This document shows, piece by piece, positions 1 through 10,813 of a stretch of 64,000 nucleotides of DNA. The stretch's first letter is position 1, and each line of letters begins with the position of its first letter. A program made the position numbers and the translations under genes. Source of the stretch: Puniceicoccales bacterium. Its GTDB lineage: Bacteria > Verrucomicrobiota > Verrucomicrobiia > Opitutales > UBA9783. The stretch is from NCBI GenBank assembly GCA_031258545.1, contig JAIRMU010000019.1, positions 4,716 to 68,715 of the forward strand. The letters are read 5' to 3'. The notes beneath the pieces were generated by a model, which saw only the letters and a list, made by a program, of their open reading frames with translations, made no database searches and was not told where the DNA came from.

Positions 1-21
1 CTTCGCATCAAAAATAGAGCG

Positions 22-297
22 CTAAGAAGTTTTACGTTTTGGACCAAAGCTACGCTTGGGAGGATTGCCCGGATTGGATATATTTTGCTTCATGCGATAA
101 CAAATACGCGCTTTATTTAAATCGTAAGGACTCATCTCCATTTTTACGCGGTCACCCACACCAATTTTTATAAAATTTTTCCTTAATTTACCAGAAATAT
201 GCGCTAGGATTTCGTGACCGTTATCCAGTTTAACGCGAAATGTAGTCCCCGGCAATACTGTAACAACGGTACCTTCAACTTCTATTGATTCTTCCAT
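22..297 (-). CDS. infA: Translation initiation factor IF-1
   Basis: [54 protein letters not shown] is the IF-1 signature. Confidence 0.97.
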   Translation of the reverse strand: MEESIEVEGTVVTVLPGTTFRVKLDNGHEILAHISGKLRKNFIKIGVGDRVKMEMSPYDLNKARICYRMKQNISNPGNPPKRSFGPKRKTS

Positions 298-451
298 GTA
301 TGCTTAGATAGTACATTTATTGCCTGAAATACTTCTCGAGGTCAAGTCTTCATTCTTTAAATATGATTCTTGCATTACAGCTTATCGCATAGAGCATTAA
401 AATGTAAACAACACATCACCGCTTGGCGATACTTATTACCTACATAAGCTT

Positions 452-1681
452 TTGAGGTTGCATTTTTATCCGCAAAGGCCAAAATGCTTTCCTTTAGAAT
501 TTGTGCATTCAACATCCCTACTGTTTTACCTATTACTTGTTATTTGTGCGTTAAACACGACCCACAACGCCGTATACAATCAATGCATTTTGTTTATTAA
601 TAACGACTTCCATGCTGAACCTTACAAATTAAAACTTACCCTAACCGTTTACTTCGCAGCTATTTTTTTGTGTCGCTGTTTCCTTGGCTTTTTTGCGGAC
701 AATTGCAGTGCTAAAAAATGTCTTCTAATCTCACTGTTGGTAGCCATTATGGGACATAGCTTGGCGGCTTGCTCAACGACGATAGATACGTTTATTGTGG
801 CACGTTTTCTGCAGGGTTTAGGATTAGGTGGTGGACAAGTGATGGGATTGGTGATTTTAGTGAAAAGCTTCAGCCACAAAGGGCGGGCAACCATTATCGC
901 TTCGGAACAAGTTTTTTTTTCTTTAGCCTCCGTTTTCTTGCCACTCATGGGTAACCTATTTTCTTCCAAAATTTCATGGCGTATGACCTTTGTGGCATAT
1001 CTTATTTTTACCCTTCTTGTCGTCGTTTATCTTTCATGGTTTCAGCCTAATCTGCAACCGCATATCCATGCATCCAATTTTACCTCCCCCAAAAGCGAGC
1101 ATACGGTCGCCCATTTTCAATTTTTTATGCCCACCCTCATGTCCTGTTTTTCCATATCAGGTTATATCTTATGGGGCAGCTATTTCAGTTTATTAGTTCA
1201 CCATTACGCCATCCCCCTCAGATACCTATTGATGTACCAACTCATTCCAATTATTCCTTACTTTGCGTGTTCATTACTGTTTAGAAATCTCACATCACGC
1301 GTATCCAAAAGTAAATTGTACGACAGAATTCTATGCTGTCAGATAAGTGCCTTTCTGGCCATCATCACCCTTCTATTTTGGAATAAAGCAAGCGGGAGTT
1401 TTAAAATTGCTCTCTTCGTTCCCATTCTATTGCATAACTTTGCGGGATCATTTTTCCGGCCTCTCATGCAGGAAAAAGCGCTCAATACGGTTGCCGAGCG
1501 CGAGATAGGCTTAGCAAGTTCCATCATTTCCATATGTCAAGTGGGTGTGAACGCCATATTTGCAATCATTTTGAACTGTACCCACGCATTGGTAAGTACG
1601 TTCGTAGGCATCCAATGTTTTATTGGAGGCTCCATTATTGCTTTTCTATGCTACGAGAAAGCACGTCACAAACATGTATAA
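452..1681 (+). CDS. MFS transporter, Bcr/CflA (DHA1)-like, divergent
   Basis: About 12 hydrophobic segments and FIVARFLQGLGLGG motif; TTG start uncertain. Confidence 0.75.
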   Translation: MRLHFYPQRPKCFPLEFVHSTSLLFYLLLVICALNTTHNAVYNQCILFINNDFHAEPYKLKLTLTVYFAAIFLCRCFLGFFADNCSAKKCLLISLLVAIMGHSLAACSTTIDTFIVARFLQGLGLGGGQVMGLVILVKSFSHKGRATIIASEQVFFSLASVFLPLMGNLFSSKISWRMTFVAYLIFTLLVVVYLSWFQPNLQPHIHASNFTSPKSEHTVAHFQFFMPTLMSCFSISGYILWGSYFSLLVHHYAIPLRYLLMYQLIPIIPYFACSLLFRNLTSRVSKSKLYDRILCCQISAFLAIITLLFWNKASGSFKIALFVPILLHNFAGSFFRPLMQEKALNTVAEREIGLASSIISICQVGVNAIFAIILNCTHALVSTFVGIQCFIGGSIIAFLCYEKARHKHV

Positions 1682-1848
1682 GTGTAACTTCCAATGCACG
1701 CAAAAGGCCCGCACTTCATTGTCCCCATTAAGCGTATAATTATTATTTACAACACTGGAAAATTTTTTCGCACAAAACGTAACCTCATTCACAACATTTC
1801 ATGCAGATTTTTGTGTCTTTTTGATACAGGGTGAAGAAACCCGGGCGA

Positions 1849-3480
1849 TCATTGCCCCTCCGTAGCCACTTTGTAGGCTTTCAGGTATTGTTCACGAAAT
1901 TTACACGTAAGTTCCGTAGACAGTTGAATCTCCTTCAACGGTCTTTTGGAATTTAATAAAGGCCGCAGCGTATCCAACATCCAATCGTACGAAATGGTAC
2001 TCAAATTTTCAAAAATAGCCAATGCTTTATCGGCGTCTTCCGTACGACCTGCACGCTTGGCATCAATGATCGCTTCCCAGGCTCTTGACAGTTCGGTGTA
2101 CGTATCCATAAAAAGCACTTTGGATAAAAATCGAATAGATTTAAATCCAGCAGCCGTCCATTCGGGATGATAATCGAAGTCATCTGAAGATTCGAACGGA
2201 TTTAAATCTGGCGTCAACATGTGAGGTTTTTTGGCATCCACATAAAAATCTTTACGAATGGGTGTCCGACTTAAGGGATACCATTGAGGGCCGTGCGGAG
2301 CACCCACTTTGAGTCCAATGAGATCTTGCCCTTCTTCGGAGACCACGTATTCGATAAAAGCGGAAGCCAATGCGGGATGAGGGGCGCCTCGGAACATGGA
2401 AATAGGATCCGGCGAAACCGCAGATCCACCCTTGGGCATAACAAAATCTACCCTATTGGAATGGCATTTCATGCGAAGAATATCCCTTTGCTGGCGTCCA
2501 TAAAAATCAACAATGACACCCACAGCGCAGTTTCCAATGGCGATATCCCAGATGGTAGATACGGAATTGTCGGTAAAATAACGAGAATTGGCCATGATTT
2601 TTTGGATCATCTTTAACCCGTGCATCCAGCCTTCGGTCAATACAAAATGCATTTGCTCCTTGGAGAGTTCTGCAGTTTTTGCATCCTCCAATCGCCGTTT
2701 AAGCAATCGCTGCATCTGCTGTTGAATCATCATTTCGAAGCACTTAACAACAATACTACTCTGGACGGGATCTACCATTGCAATTTGTTTAAAAAACCGA
2801 GGATCCGTCAAATCTACCCACTGTTTAGGGTGATGTGGCACATGTAAATCAAGGAGACGATCCACATTGTAGATAATTCCAAAGCTGGACAACGAAGAAC
2901 CGATCCACCGACCTTCTGTATCCCACAAACAATCTCCTGCCAATTTATGGGGAATCATCGCATCGCAAAACCATTCCGGGTGTTTTTTTACAACCCCTGA
3001 GTCTACCAATTGCCCCATATTCGCCTCATGACTATGCTCGATGATGCCTCCTCCAAAAATGACATCTACACCACAACCTACATTGGATGCCAAAAAAGCA
3101 GCCCGTGCCTCATTGGACGTATCCATCGAAGGATTTGAAAAACTGGCTTGGACCGACTGATTCCAAACTTTATGTAAAATGGTCTCCCAATACAAACGAA
3201 AAGCATTCACAAATACAGAATCCACATACCGAATCACTTCGCCCGTACTCCCCGGTATGCGCCAATCAATGCTGACGGTCCGTCCTGTTTTTTCTTTGTA
3301 CCACTTTTGAAAACCGGCTTCTGTTTCGCATCGAATGGCTTCGTTGTGCGGCGTTATGACAACGAGGACGTCATCGGTTTTCTTATCCAAAGTTTTGTGT
3401 GACTGCTTCAAGCCAATGGGAAGGCCTACTACCAGTGCAATGGCGCCAAAAATAACGGCAGACTTATTCATGGGAGGCAT
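1849..3480 (-). CDS. ABC transporter substrate-binding protein (Fe3+/polyamine/thiamine-type), N-terminal membrane anchor
   Basis: LVVITPHNEAIR, DVIFGGG, FGIIYN, P..W.DL.DP and PDPISMFRGAPHP..A.AFIEYV.S.EGQ motifs; follows an ABC ATPase. Confidence 0.8.
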   Translation of the reverse strand: MPPMNKSAVIFGAIALVVGLPIGLKQSHKTLDKKTDDVLVVITPHNEAIRCETEAGFQKWYKEKTGRTVSIDWRIPGSTGEVIRYVDSVFVNAFRLYWETILHKVWNQSVQASFSNPSMDTSNEARAAFLASNVGCGVDVIFGGGIIEHSHEANMGQLVDSGVVKKHPEWFCDAMIPHKLAGDCLWDTEGRWIGSSLSSFGIIYNVDRLLDLHVPHHPKQWVDLTDPRFFKQIAMVDPVQSSIVVKCFEMMIQQQMQRLLKRRLEDAKTAELSKEQMHFVLTEGWMHGLKMIQKIMANSRYFTDNSVSTIWDIAIGNCAVGVIVDFYGRQQRDILRMKCHSNRVDFVMPKGGSAVSPDPISMFRGAPHPALASAFIEYVVSEEGQDLIGLKVGAPHGPQWYPLSRTPIRKDFYVDAKKPHMLTPDLNPFESSDDFDYHPEWTAAGFKSIRFLSKVLFMDTYTELSRAWEAIIDAKRAGRTEDADKALAIFENLSTISYDWMLDTLRPLLNSKRPLKEIQLSTELTCKFREQYLKAYKVATEGQ

Positions 3481-3486
3481 TTAGAC

Positions 3487-4554
3487 TTATTTGGGTAAGA
3501 CAACCACATTTTCGGGCAGTACGTTGGCATACAGACCTTTTTGTAAATGGTGCTCAATGTGCTTTGGATTTAACTCCGAAATGCGCAGTGTGACTCCATT
3601 TTTTATAAAATCGTAGTGGGCAACTTCTCCGTAGTAAGTTGTACGACCAATCATTCCATCCGTTGAATTTTCTTCGGAAGCAAAAAACTTTAATCGGAAA
3701 GCCTCGGGACGTATGGATAAGACCACGCCTCCCGATGGTGGAGGTTCTCCATTTCCCTGCCAATAACCGCGGTAATCTCCAATCGCGGTTCGCACCAACA
3801 ATTCATTTCCCTGTTGATGCATAATGGTACCGGGAATAAAATTTGTTTCTCCAACAAAATGTGCTACAAACTGGTTTTGAGGCTTTCTGTACACTTCCAG
3901 AGGACTTCCAATTTGTTCAACATGCCCCTTTGAAAATATGGCAATGCGATCCGCGATCGACAGAGCCTCCGCCTGATCGTGGGTCACGTAAAGGGTTGTC
4001 AATTGAAATTCCTTGCAAATACGACGAATTTCTGCGCGCATTTCGGTACGTAACTTCGCATCCAAATTGGATAAAGGTTCATCCAGCAGCAAACATTTGG
4101 GACGAACGGCCAGGGCGCGTGCCAAAGCCACCCGCTGCTGTTGACCGCCCGAAAGTTCATTCGGTTTACGATGGGCAAAAGCCTCCATTTTAACCGAAAT
4201 AAGCGTCTCCTCAATCTTTTCTTCAATCTCTTTTTTGGGCAATTTTTTCTGCTGCAACCCAAAGGCGATATTTTGGGCCACCGTCATGTGAGGCCATAGG
4301 GCGTAGCTCTGAAATACCATGCCCGTTTCACGTTTGTGAGGTGGCACGTTGGAGACCTCTTTATCGCCAAAGAAAATTTTACCTTCATCCGGCATATAAA
4401 ATCCAGCCAACAAACGTAATAGTGTCGTTTTTCCACAACCACTGGGACCTAAAAGGAAAAAAAGCTCACCCGTATCCACATAGATATCAATTCCATCGAG
4501 CGCAATAACATTGCCAAATTTCTTTACAATACCTTCGACACGAATATCGATCAT
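3487..4554 (-). CDS. ABC transporter ATP-binding protein (FbpC/PotA family)
   Basis: Walker A GPSGCGKTT, signature LSGGQQQRVALARAL, Walker B LLLDEPLSNLD, YVTHDQ. Confidence 0.93.
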   Translation of the reverse strand: MIDIRVEGIVKKFGNVIALDGIDIYVDTGELFFLLGPSGCGKTTLLRLLAGFYMPDEGKIFFGDKEVSNVPPHKRETGMVFQSYALWPHMTVAQNIAFGLQQKKLPKKEIEEKIEETLISVKMEAFAHRKPNELSGGQQQRVALARALAVRPKCLLLDEPLSNLDAKLRTEMRAEIRRICKEFQLTTLYVTHDQAEALSIADRIAIFSKGHVEQIGSPLEVYRKPQNQFVAHFVGETNFIPGTIMHQQGNELLVRTAIGDYRGYWQGNGEPPPSGGVVLSIRPEAFRLKFFASEENSTDGMIGRTTYYGEVAHYDFIKNGVTLRISELNPKHIEHHLQKGLYANVLPENVVVLPK

Positions 4555-4738
4555 TTGGCATAAAAAGCTCGGTCACTTACTTTTCGAAGTCAAACCTATT
4601 TTTTATATTTACAAAACAGTAACCTATGCCGCAATAAAAATCATGCAAATGCCCATATAAATTTGAGAAGACCCGCAATTTCCCCATGGGTTTCATGACC
4701 TTATGAATCAAATTAATGGAAGATTCATACATTTGCAA

Positions 4739-5205
4739 TTACGCATGAGCTTCATTGAAACGATCGGCAATCTGTGCAACGTGATGTTCGATAACTTTTA
4801 TAATTTCGGCATAAATGTCGGATGCACCCTCATTGGCCCATTGCCGACTTAAGCGTTCTGCCAAAGGAATTATTTTACCTAAAAGTTCATCTAGCCGTTT
4901 TAGGATAAAATCCTTCCTAAATCCCGTAACGGCATGCAAATTCTCGAAGTACTTACGGCGGACATAACGGCAAAGGTAATTGCCCCAGGTAGCTTCATGG
5001 CCATTTTGTGCTTGGGTGCGAAAAGTGCATATAAGATCGTGTATATTAAATCATAAAATGGAGCTAACATTGCACATTTACCTTCATAAAGAATTGCAAA
5101 ATTTTTTGCGTGTGCGTCTCCATTACCAACTAGGAAGTTAAACATTAACATTTCCAAAAATTGTATCTTATCTGTCCCGGATACATCTTTTGAATATTTA
5201 CACCG
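4739..5205 (-). pseudogene. hipA: HipA toxin kinase C-terminal remnant, N-terminally deleted and frameshifted
   Basis: DKIQFLEMLMFNFLVGNGDAHAKNFAILY...LAPFYDL then KMAMKL; the HipA-like tail (GNYLCRYVRRKYFENLHAVTGFRKDFILKRLDELL...) continues in another frame after the G4 run at 4983-4986; upstream in-frame stop at 5305-5307. Confidence 0.8.
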
Positions 5206-5296
5206 AAATGGGTTGCATATTTTATCATCATGTTTGAAAATACCATATCTATAACTGCATATCTTACGTTTTGCTTTTTTCGAATTCCTACGCCCA

Positions 5297-5356
5297 TTTG
5301 CATTTTATCTCATTGGGTACACGGATTTTGCATTTTATTGCTTGCATTATATGCAA
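5297..5356. repeat. 12-bp direct repeat (TTTGCATTTTAT x2, 30-bp period) plus TTGCAT-N3-ATGCAA inverted repeat
   Basis: Copies at 5297-5308 and 5327-5338; inverted repeat at 5342-5356. Confidence 0.7.
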
Positions 5357-5425
5357 AAGGTCTTACAAGAACGCATGAAGCATTTTCTAGAAATTTAGTG
5401 AGGGGTTTTATACATTTTAGATTGC

Positions 5426-5454
5426 TTGTTGTAGGGTGCAGAAATTTTTAAAAT
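5426..5454 (+). promoter_or_regulatory. Putative sigma70 promoter of sulP
   Basis: TTGTTG-N17-TAAAAT, 5 nt before ATG 5460. Confidence 0.4.
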
Positions 5455-5459
5455 ATATA

Positions 5460-7307
5460 ATGAGGCAGTGGAAAAAAAATGGACTCAACGTATTACCCAT
5501 ACGCCAAGATTTTTCCAGATATAATCTTGAAAAATTACGTTGGGATGCCTTTGCAGGATTAAGCGTTACCCTAATTGTCTTTCCCCAAGCTATGGCATAC
5601 GCCTTACTCGCGGGATTACCCATTGAATACGGACTGTATGGTGCCACGGTGGCTACTTTTACGGCTGCCTTGTTTGCGGGTTCACGCTTCCTCAGTTTAG
5701 GTCCAACCAATGCGACAGCCGTACTCCTCGTCAATTCATTTACGGCGTTAGGGATATCCATAGAAAAAATACCTATCTTTCTACCTACACTTCTTGTACT
5801 CACAGGTAGTTTCTTAATTTTGAGCGCACTCTTTAACGTTGCAAACGTGGTACAGTACGTTTCACGCAGTGTAATTTCCGGATACGTAACTGCGGTTGTC
5901 ATCATAGTAATTGTCAACCAAATACACAATGTTTTTGGATTCGACCTAACGATGATCCAGGACAACGCTTGCATGTTCGTAGATACGTGCGTAGCCACCT
6001 GGCATGGATTATCAAGTATTGAAAGCTCTTCCGTATTTATCAGTTTAGTAACCTTGTACATCCATCAATTTATAAAAACAAAATTCCCCAAATCTCCCGT
6101 TGCATTCACCATCATTGCCCTAGCGTGCCTTACGTACATTTTGCAAAAGATAATGGCCATCAACGTTCAAGTTTTGACCCCCATCGATGTGAGTGCATGG
6201 CGCACATCGTGGACTGGTTTTAGTTTGGACAACTTAAATCTTATGGCGGACTCGGCACTAATACTAAGTTTTATGTGCCTTGTGGACAGCACCATTGTAT
6301 TGAAAACTTTATCATCGCGCATCGGCCAAAAGGCGAACGTTAACCAAATGGCTTTCGGCCTAGGCCTTGCCAATATTTTTTGCGGTCTTTTTTCAGGCAT
6401 GCCCGTTTCTGCATCTTTGGTACGATCGTCTACAAATTATGCCAGTGGTGCCAGAACTTCACTTGCAAGCCTATTCTGTGGCTGCTTTTGTCTCCTGTGC
6501 ATCGCTTGTTTGGGACCATTTTTTAATTACATCCCCAAGGCGGGTCTTGCAACGCTCATTATTATTTTAGCCTGTAGCCTTTTGGATAAACACACGCTAA
6601 AAGTAGTTATTACATCGACTCGATCCGATGCATGCGTGTTTTTTGTAACCCTTGTGGCCGCCTTCCTATTCCCTCTCAGTACGGCCATTTACATAGGGGT
6701 ATTCTTGTCCATTGCTCTGTTCTTAAAAAAAGCGACTGTGCCCGCATTCTTCGAATGTATCTACGACGAAAACAACGAGATGAGCGAAATTGACCCGCAT
6801 ACTTCCCTCTTCAAACAATTAGAAATTACAATCATACATATGGAAGGTAACTTATTTTTTGCTTCTTCAGAAATCTTTCGGGATCAAATGAGGATGATAA
6901 GCGAAAGATCTGCTTTAAAAATTATCATCCTTAAAATGCGCAACGTGATGCACATCGACGCAACTTGCATTCTCGCCTTGGAAGAATTGCTGTATTACAT
7001 GTACCTGAACAAACGTGTCTTGATTTTAAGTGAAGTTAACAAATACGTATTCAAAGCGCTTCAGCGTTCCAGGCTAACCGAATTCATAGGATTAGAAAAT
7101 ATTTTTACCGATAAACGCAGCCAATCCAATTTGTCAACAGCCCTGGCTTTAAAACACGCACAACACATTATAGGGGATAAAAATTTCTATGTCCGTGTTC
7201 TGGTGGTCAACAATAAAAAGAAACGCATTCAAACAACCGCAGAGATAGGTTCAGAACCGCAGCAAAAATCGTCGCCCCAAAGCGTTCAAGATGCCGACAA
7301 ACTGTAA
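5460..7307 (+). CDS. sulP: SulP family anion permease with C-terminal STAS domain
   Basis: DAFAGLSVTLIVFPQAMAYALLAGLPIEYGLY, GPTNA, and STAS LFFASSE motif; alternative GTG start at 5436. Confidence 0.92.
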   Translation: MRQWKKNGLNVLPIRQDFSRYNLEKLRWDAFAGLSVTLIVFPQAMAYALLAGLPIEYGLYGATVATFTAALFAGSRFLSLGPTNATAVLLVNSFTALGISIEKIPIFLPTLLVLTGSFLILSALFNVANVVQYVSRSVISGYVTAVVIIVIVNQIHNVFGFDLTMIQDNACMFVDTCVATWHGLSSIESSSVFISLVTLYIHQFIKTKFPKSPVAFTIIALACLTYILQKIMAINVQVLTPIDVSAWRTSWTGFSLDNLNLMADSALILSFMCLVDSTIVLKTLSSRIGQKANVNQMAFGLGLANIFCGLFSGMPVSASLVRSSTNYASGARTSLASLFCGCFCLLCIACLGPFFNYIPKAGLATLIIILACSLLDKHTLKVVITSTRSDACVFFVTLVAAFLFPLSTAIYIGVFLSIALFLKKATVPAFFECIYDENNEMSEIDPHTSLFKQLEITIIHMEGNLFFASSEIFRDQMRMISERSALKIIILKMRNVMHIDATCILALEELLYYMYLNKRVLILSEVNKYVFKALQRSRLTEFIGLENIFTDKRSQSNLSTALALKHAQHIIGDKNFYVRVLVVNNKKKRIQTTAEIGSEPQQKSSPQSVQDADKL

Positions 7308-7309
7308 AC

Positions 7310-8740
7310 ATGAAACGCAACTCTTTTTTGGAACAATACGGCCGATTGGTTCAAATATTTCAAAAAAAGGATTTGGCCAATGGGGTAGTGAATTTTTTAG
7401 ACACGCATGCACGTGAAACTCTATTTGTAGCCTGTTCGGGTGGTCCCGATTCCCTATGCCTCTTATATCTCATAAGATTACATTGGCCACAAAATTCCTG
7501 CATAATACTTCATTACAATCATAAAGTGCGTCAAGCTTCCGATGGGGAAGCAAATCACGTACGTTTGCTGGCCCAACAATTGGATTTGCCCATAGAAATC
7601 GGTGAACGGGATTTAAGTCAGTCGGCAAGGGATGAACAAGCGTTAAGAAATTTACGCTACAAGTACTTTGCACACGTGCTCAACCGATATCAGGGTCGAT
7701 GCTTAATCTTGGGCCACCATCAAGATGATTTGTTCGAAACGTTTCTCATGCGACTTGCGCGAGGAAGTACCCTAGAAGGGTTAATGGCTCCCAAACCTAT
7801 TCAGTATTTTTCGAATCATCAAATTCGATTGCGCCCCTTACTCACACTTTCCAAGGCTCAAATTGTGGAAGCGTGCAATGCATTTAATATCCTCCACATG
7901 ACCGATGAAACGAATACGAACACCCTGTATTTACGCAATCGTGTACGACAGTATTTGTTGCCTTGTATGGATCGTATTTTTGGGGCAAATCAGTGGCGTC
8001 CAGGGTTTAAAAAAACATGTGATCTCATTTTCGAACAGCAACAAGGCTTGGATACCATTTGCAACCTTTATCGGTTCAAGGAAAAACTAACCCAAGCATC
8101 CATTGAAAGCGCCTGGATTACGTCTATGCCACTTTACCTACAGCGGAAATTTATCACGGAATGGCTCATGTCTTGCGGCATCAAAAGGATCACATTTTCG
8201 ATGATTGAAAAAACACTGCATGCCTTAAAACATGGAATTGAACATTATTACCTGCCCCTCAATTCCCAATATCGCATTTGCATAAAAGATGGAAAAATAC
8301 AGTGTCAATCGTACTTACTTGCTCACGGCAATAAGCTGCACATGAACTTTCCCATTGTAGGTCACATTTATTTTCCCCATAAAGCTTGTTTAAGCGGATC
8401 TTTCAAAAATTTATCTACGGCCGATAAAGAAAAAATCTTTGCGGGATACTACGCGGATACACATTGTACATTTTTGGATGCTGAAAAATTAACACAAAAA
8501 TTGTATGTGCGATCTTGGCAACCGGGAGATCGCTATCGTCCCATCTATTTCGACCATGAAAAAAAAGTTAAAAATTTATTTGTAGAACGTAAAATAAGTC
8601 ATTCCACTAGACACCATGTGCCTATTATTTGCGATGATAACAACCAAATCATTTGGGTTCCAGGGTTACCACCGGCACACTATTTTAAGGTGGAACCGCA
8701 AACAAAATTATCTGTTTTTTTAACTTATAAAATTGGGTGA
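7310..8740 (+). CDS. tilS: tRNA(Ile)-lysidine synthetase
   Basis: VACSGGPDS PP-loop, LGHHQDD..ETFLMRLARGS, RPLL, DETN...YLRNRVR and TilS C-terminal domain. Confidence 0.95.
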   Translation: MKRNSFLEQYGRLVQIFQKKDLANGVVNFLDTHARETLFVACSGGPDSLCLLYLIRLHWPQNSCIILHYNHKVRQASDGEANHVRLLAQQLDLPIEIGERDLSQSARDEQALRNLRYKYFAHVLNRYQGRCLILGHHQDDLFETFLMRLARGSTLEGLMAPKPIQYFSNHQIRLRPLLTLSKAQIVEACNAFNILHMTDETNTNTLYLRNRVRQYLLPCMDRIFGANQWRPGFKKTCDLIFEQQQGLDTICNLYRFKEKLTQASIESAWITSMPLYLQRKFITEWLMSCGIKRITFSMIEKTLHALKHGIEHYYLPLNSQYRICIKDGKIQCQSYLLAHGNKLHMNFPIVGHIYFPHKACLSGSFKNLSTADKEKIFAGYYADTHCTFLDAEKLTQKLYVRSWQPGDRYRPIYFDHEKKVKNLFVERKISHSTRHHVPIICDDNNQIIWVPGLPPAHYFKVEPQTKLSVFLTYKIG

Positions 8741-8762
8741 AATAGTATAAAACTATATCAAA

Positions 8763-10808
8763 ATGAAAAAAAAGGTAAACAGCACTGATAAGAATAATCT
8801 TCAACAGAAATCGTTCAAGCCCAAAAGTTTTCTGGTATGGGGCATCATTTTGTTATTTTTGTTACTCTTAAATTCTCTGGCATTGACACCGGAAGGTAGA
8901 CTTAATCTCACCGTATCACAAGTATTAACGATGGCTCGGCAGCACCTCATCGAAAATGGTGAAATTCAGTCGGATGCCACCGGAGGCCATCAATGGTATA
9001 AAATGAAAGGTCGTTTGAAAAATGATGTTGAAAAAATTTACAGCATTTTACAGGACGACGCCACTAACATTTGGGCCAAACAAATGAAAGGCCAGGGAAC
9101 GCGCAACGCCGTTTCGCTGCCCCTTCATTTCGAAGCTACGGGACGTCTAACCGACGCTCGATTTAACGAGCTTTTGGACGGCAATTTAGGATTTCAATTT
9201 AAAGAACGTCCCGCAAGTACATTGTTATCTTCCATACTCATTAATGTCCTCCCTTTTTTGATTATTTTAGGTGTTTTGTATCTTTTATTCATGCGACAAG
9301 TTCGCATGGCGGGAAAAGGAGCCATGGGATTTGGACGTAGTCGGGCACGATTATTGCAGGAAGATAAGAAGAAAGTTACGTTCAAAGACGTGGCCGGGTG
9401 CGATGAAGCTAAAGAAGAGGTAAAAGAAATTGTCGACTTCCTCAAAAATCCAAAAAAATTCCAAGAAATTGGGGGACGTGTACCCAAAGGATGTTTAATG
9501 GTTGGAGCCCCGGGTACAGGTAAAACACTTTTGGCCAAAGCAATTGCCGGAGAAGCCGATGTACCTTTCTTCAGCATTAGCGGGTCCGATTTTGTGGAAA
9601 TGTTTGTGGGGGTTGGGGCATCACGCGTAAGAGATATGTTCGAACAGGGGAAAAAGAGTGCACCTTGCCTCATTTTCATCGACGAAATTGATGCCGTTGG
9701 ACGTCAACGCGGTGCTGGACTTGGTGGTGGCAATGATGAACGCGAGCAAACATTGAACGCACTGTTGGTGGAAATGGATGGATTTGAATCGCGAGAAGGG
9801 ATCATTTTGATGGCTGCCACCAATCGACCGGACGTTTTAGACAGTGCACTTTTGCGTCCCGGAAGATTTGATCGACAAATTGTTTTGGACCTACCGGATA
9901 TTCATGGTCGCGAGCAAATTCTTCAGGTGCACGCTAAAAAAATAAAGTTGAACCCATCGGTCGATTTGAAAGTAGTAGCCCGCAACACGTCTGGATATTC
10001 GGGTGCCGACCTCGAAAATCTTTTAAACGAAGGTGCGCTTTTGGCAGCTCGTCAATCTAAAAAAGCGGTAGAGCCCATTGATTTGGAAGAAGCGCGCGAT
10101 AAAATCTCTTTTGGCCGAGAGCGTAAAAAGTTGATGGATGATAAAGACAAGCGTATCACCGCTTACCACGAGGCAGGTCACGCCATCGTACAAGGCGTCA
10201 TTGATGATGGCTTGCTGCCCATACACAAAGTAACGATTGTTCCCCGAGGACAAAGTTTAGGGAGCACCATGATGTTACCTTCAAAAGACATTTTAAATTA
10301 CTCCAAGCAACAAGCGCTCAATCAAATTTGTTGTTCCATGGGAGGACGTATTGCGGAAGAACTTATTTTCAAAGAACAAACGAGTGGCGCTTCCGCCGAT
10401 ATTCGTTCCGCCACCAAATTAGCTCGCAAAATGGTTTGTGATTGGGGTATGAGCGATATGGGCCCTTTGGCTTTTGGCGACAATCAGGATCACATCTTTT
10501 TGGGACGTGAAATTGCACGTGAACAAAATTACAGCGAGCAAACCGCACAAACCATTGATGCCACCGTTGCAAAAATCGTACGCTCTCAATACGATCGAGC
10601 CGTTGAGATTTTAACGGGAAAACAAAATTGTCTGGAATCTTTGGCGCAAGCTTTGCTCCAGTATGAAACATTGGAAGGTAAATATGTATACGAAATATTG
10701 GAACACGGAGTCCTTGTTTCAGAAGTTGTGATGCCTGAGGCGGTTAAGGTAGAATCCGTACCTGACATATCCATCGTTCCTGCGTTGAAACCTGAAGGAG
10801 CCGTTTAA
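8763..10808 (+). CDS. ftsH: ATP-dependent zinc metalloprotease FtsH
   Basis: Two TM helices, [21 protein letters not shown] motif, HEAGH zinc motif. Confidence 0.98.
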   Translation: MKKKVNSTDKNNLQQKSFKPKSFLVWGIILLFLLLLNSLALTPEGRLNLTVSQVLTMARQHLIENGEIQSDATGGHQWYKMKGRLKNDVEKIYSILQDDATNIWAKQMKGQGTRNAVSLPLHFEATGRLTDARFNELLDGNLGFQFKERPASTLLSSILINVLPFLIILGVLYLLFMRQVRMAGKGAMGFGRSRARLLQEDKKKVTFKDVAGCDEAKEEVKEIVDFLKNPKKFQEIGGRVPKGCLMVGAPGTGKTLLAKAIAGEADVPFFSISGSDFVEMFVGVGASRVRDMFEQGKKSAPCLIFIDEIDAVGRQRGAGLGGGNDEREQTLNALLVEMDGFESREGIILMAATNRPDVLDSALLRPGRFDRQIVLDLPDIHGREQILQVHAKKIKLNPSVDLKVVARNTSGYSGADLENLLNEGALLAARQSKKAVEPIDLEEARDKISFGRERKKLMDDKDKRITAYHEAGHAIVQGVIDDGLLPIHKVTIVPRGQSLGSTMMLPSKDILNYSKQQALNQICCSMGGRIAEELIFKEQTSGASADIRSATKLARKMVCDWGMSDMGPLAFGDNQDHIFLGREIAREQNYSEQTAQTIDATVAKIVRSQYDRAVEILTGKQNCLESLAQALLQYETLEGKYVYEILEHGVLVSEVVMPEAVKVESVPDISIVPALKPEGAV

Positions 10809-10813
10809 CCATC

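Noticed and set aside
5417-6061. 214-aa minus-strand ORF
   Set aside because: Antisense shadow of sulP; not the missing HipA N-terminus, as it has no HipA motifs
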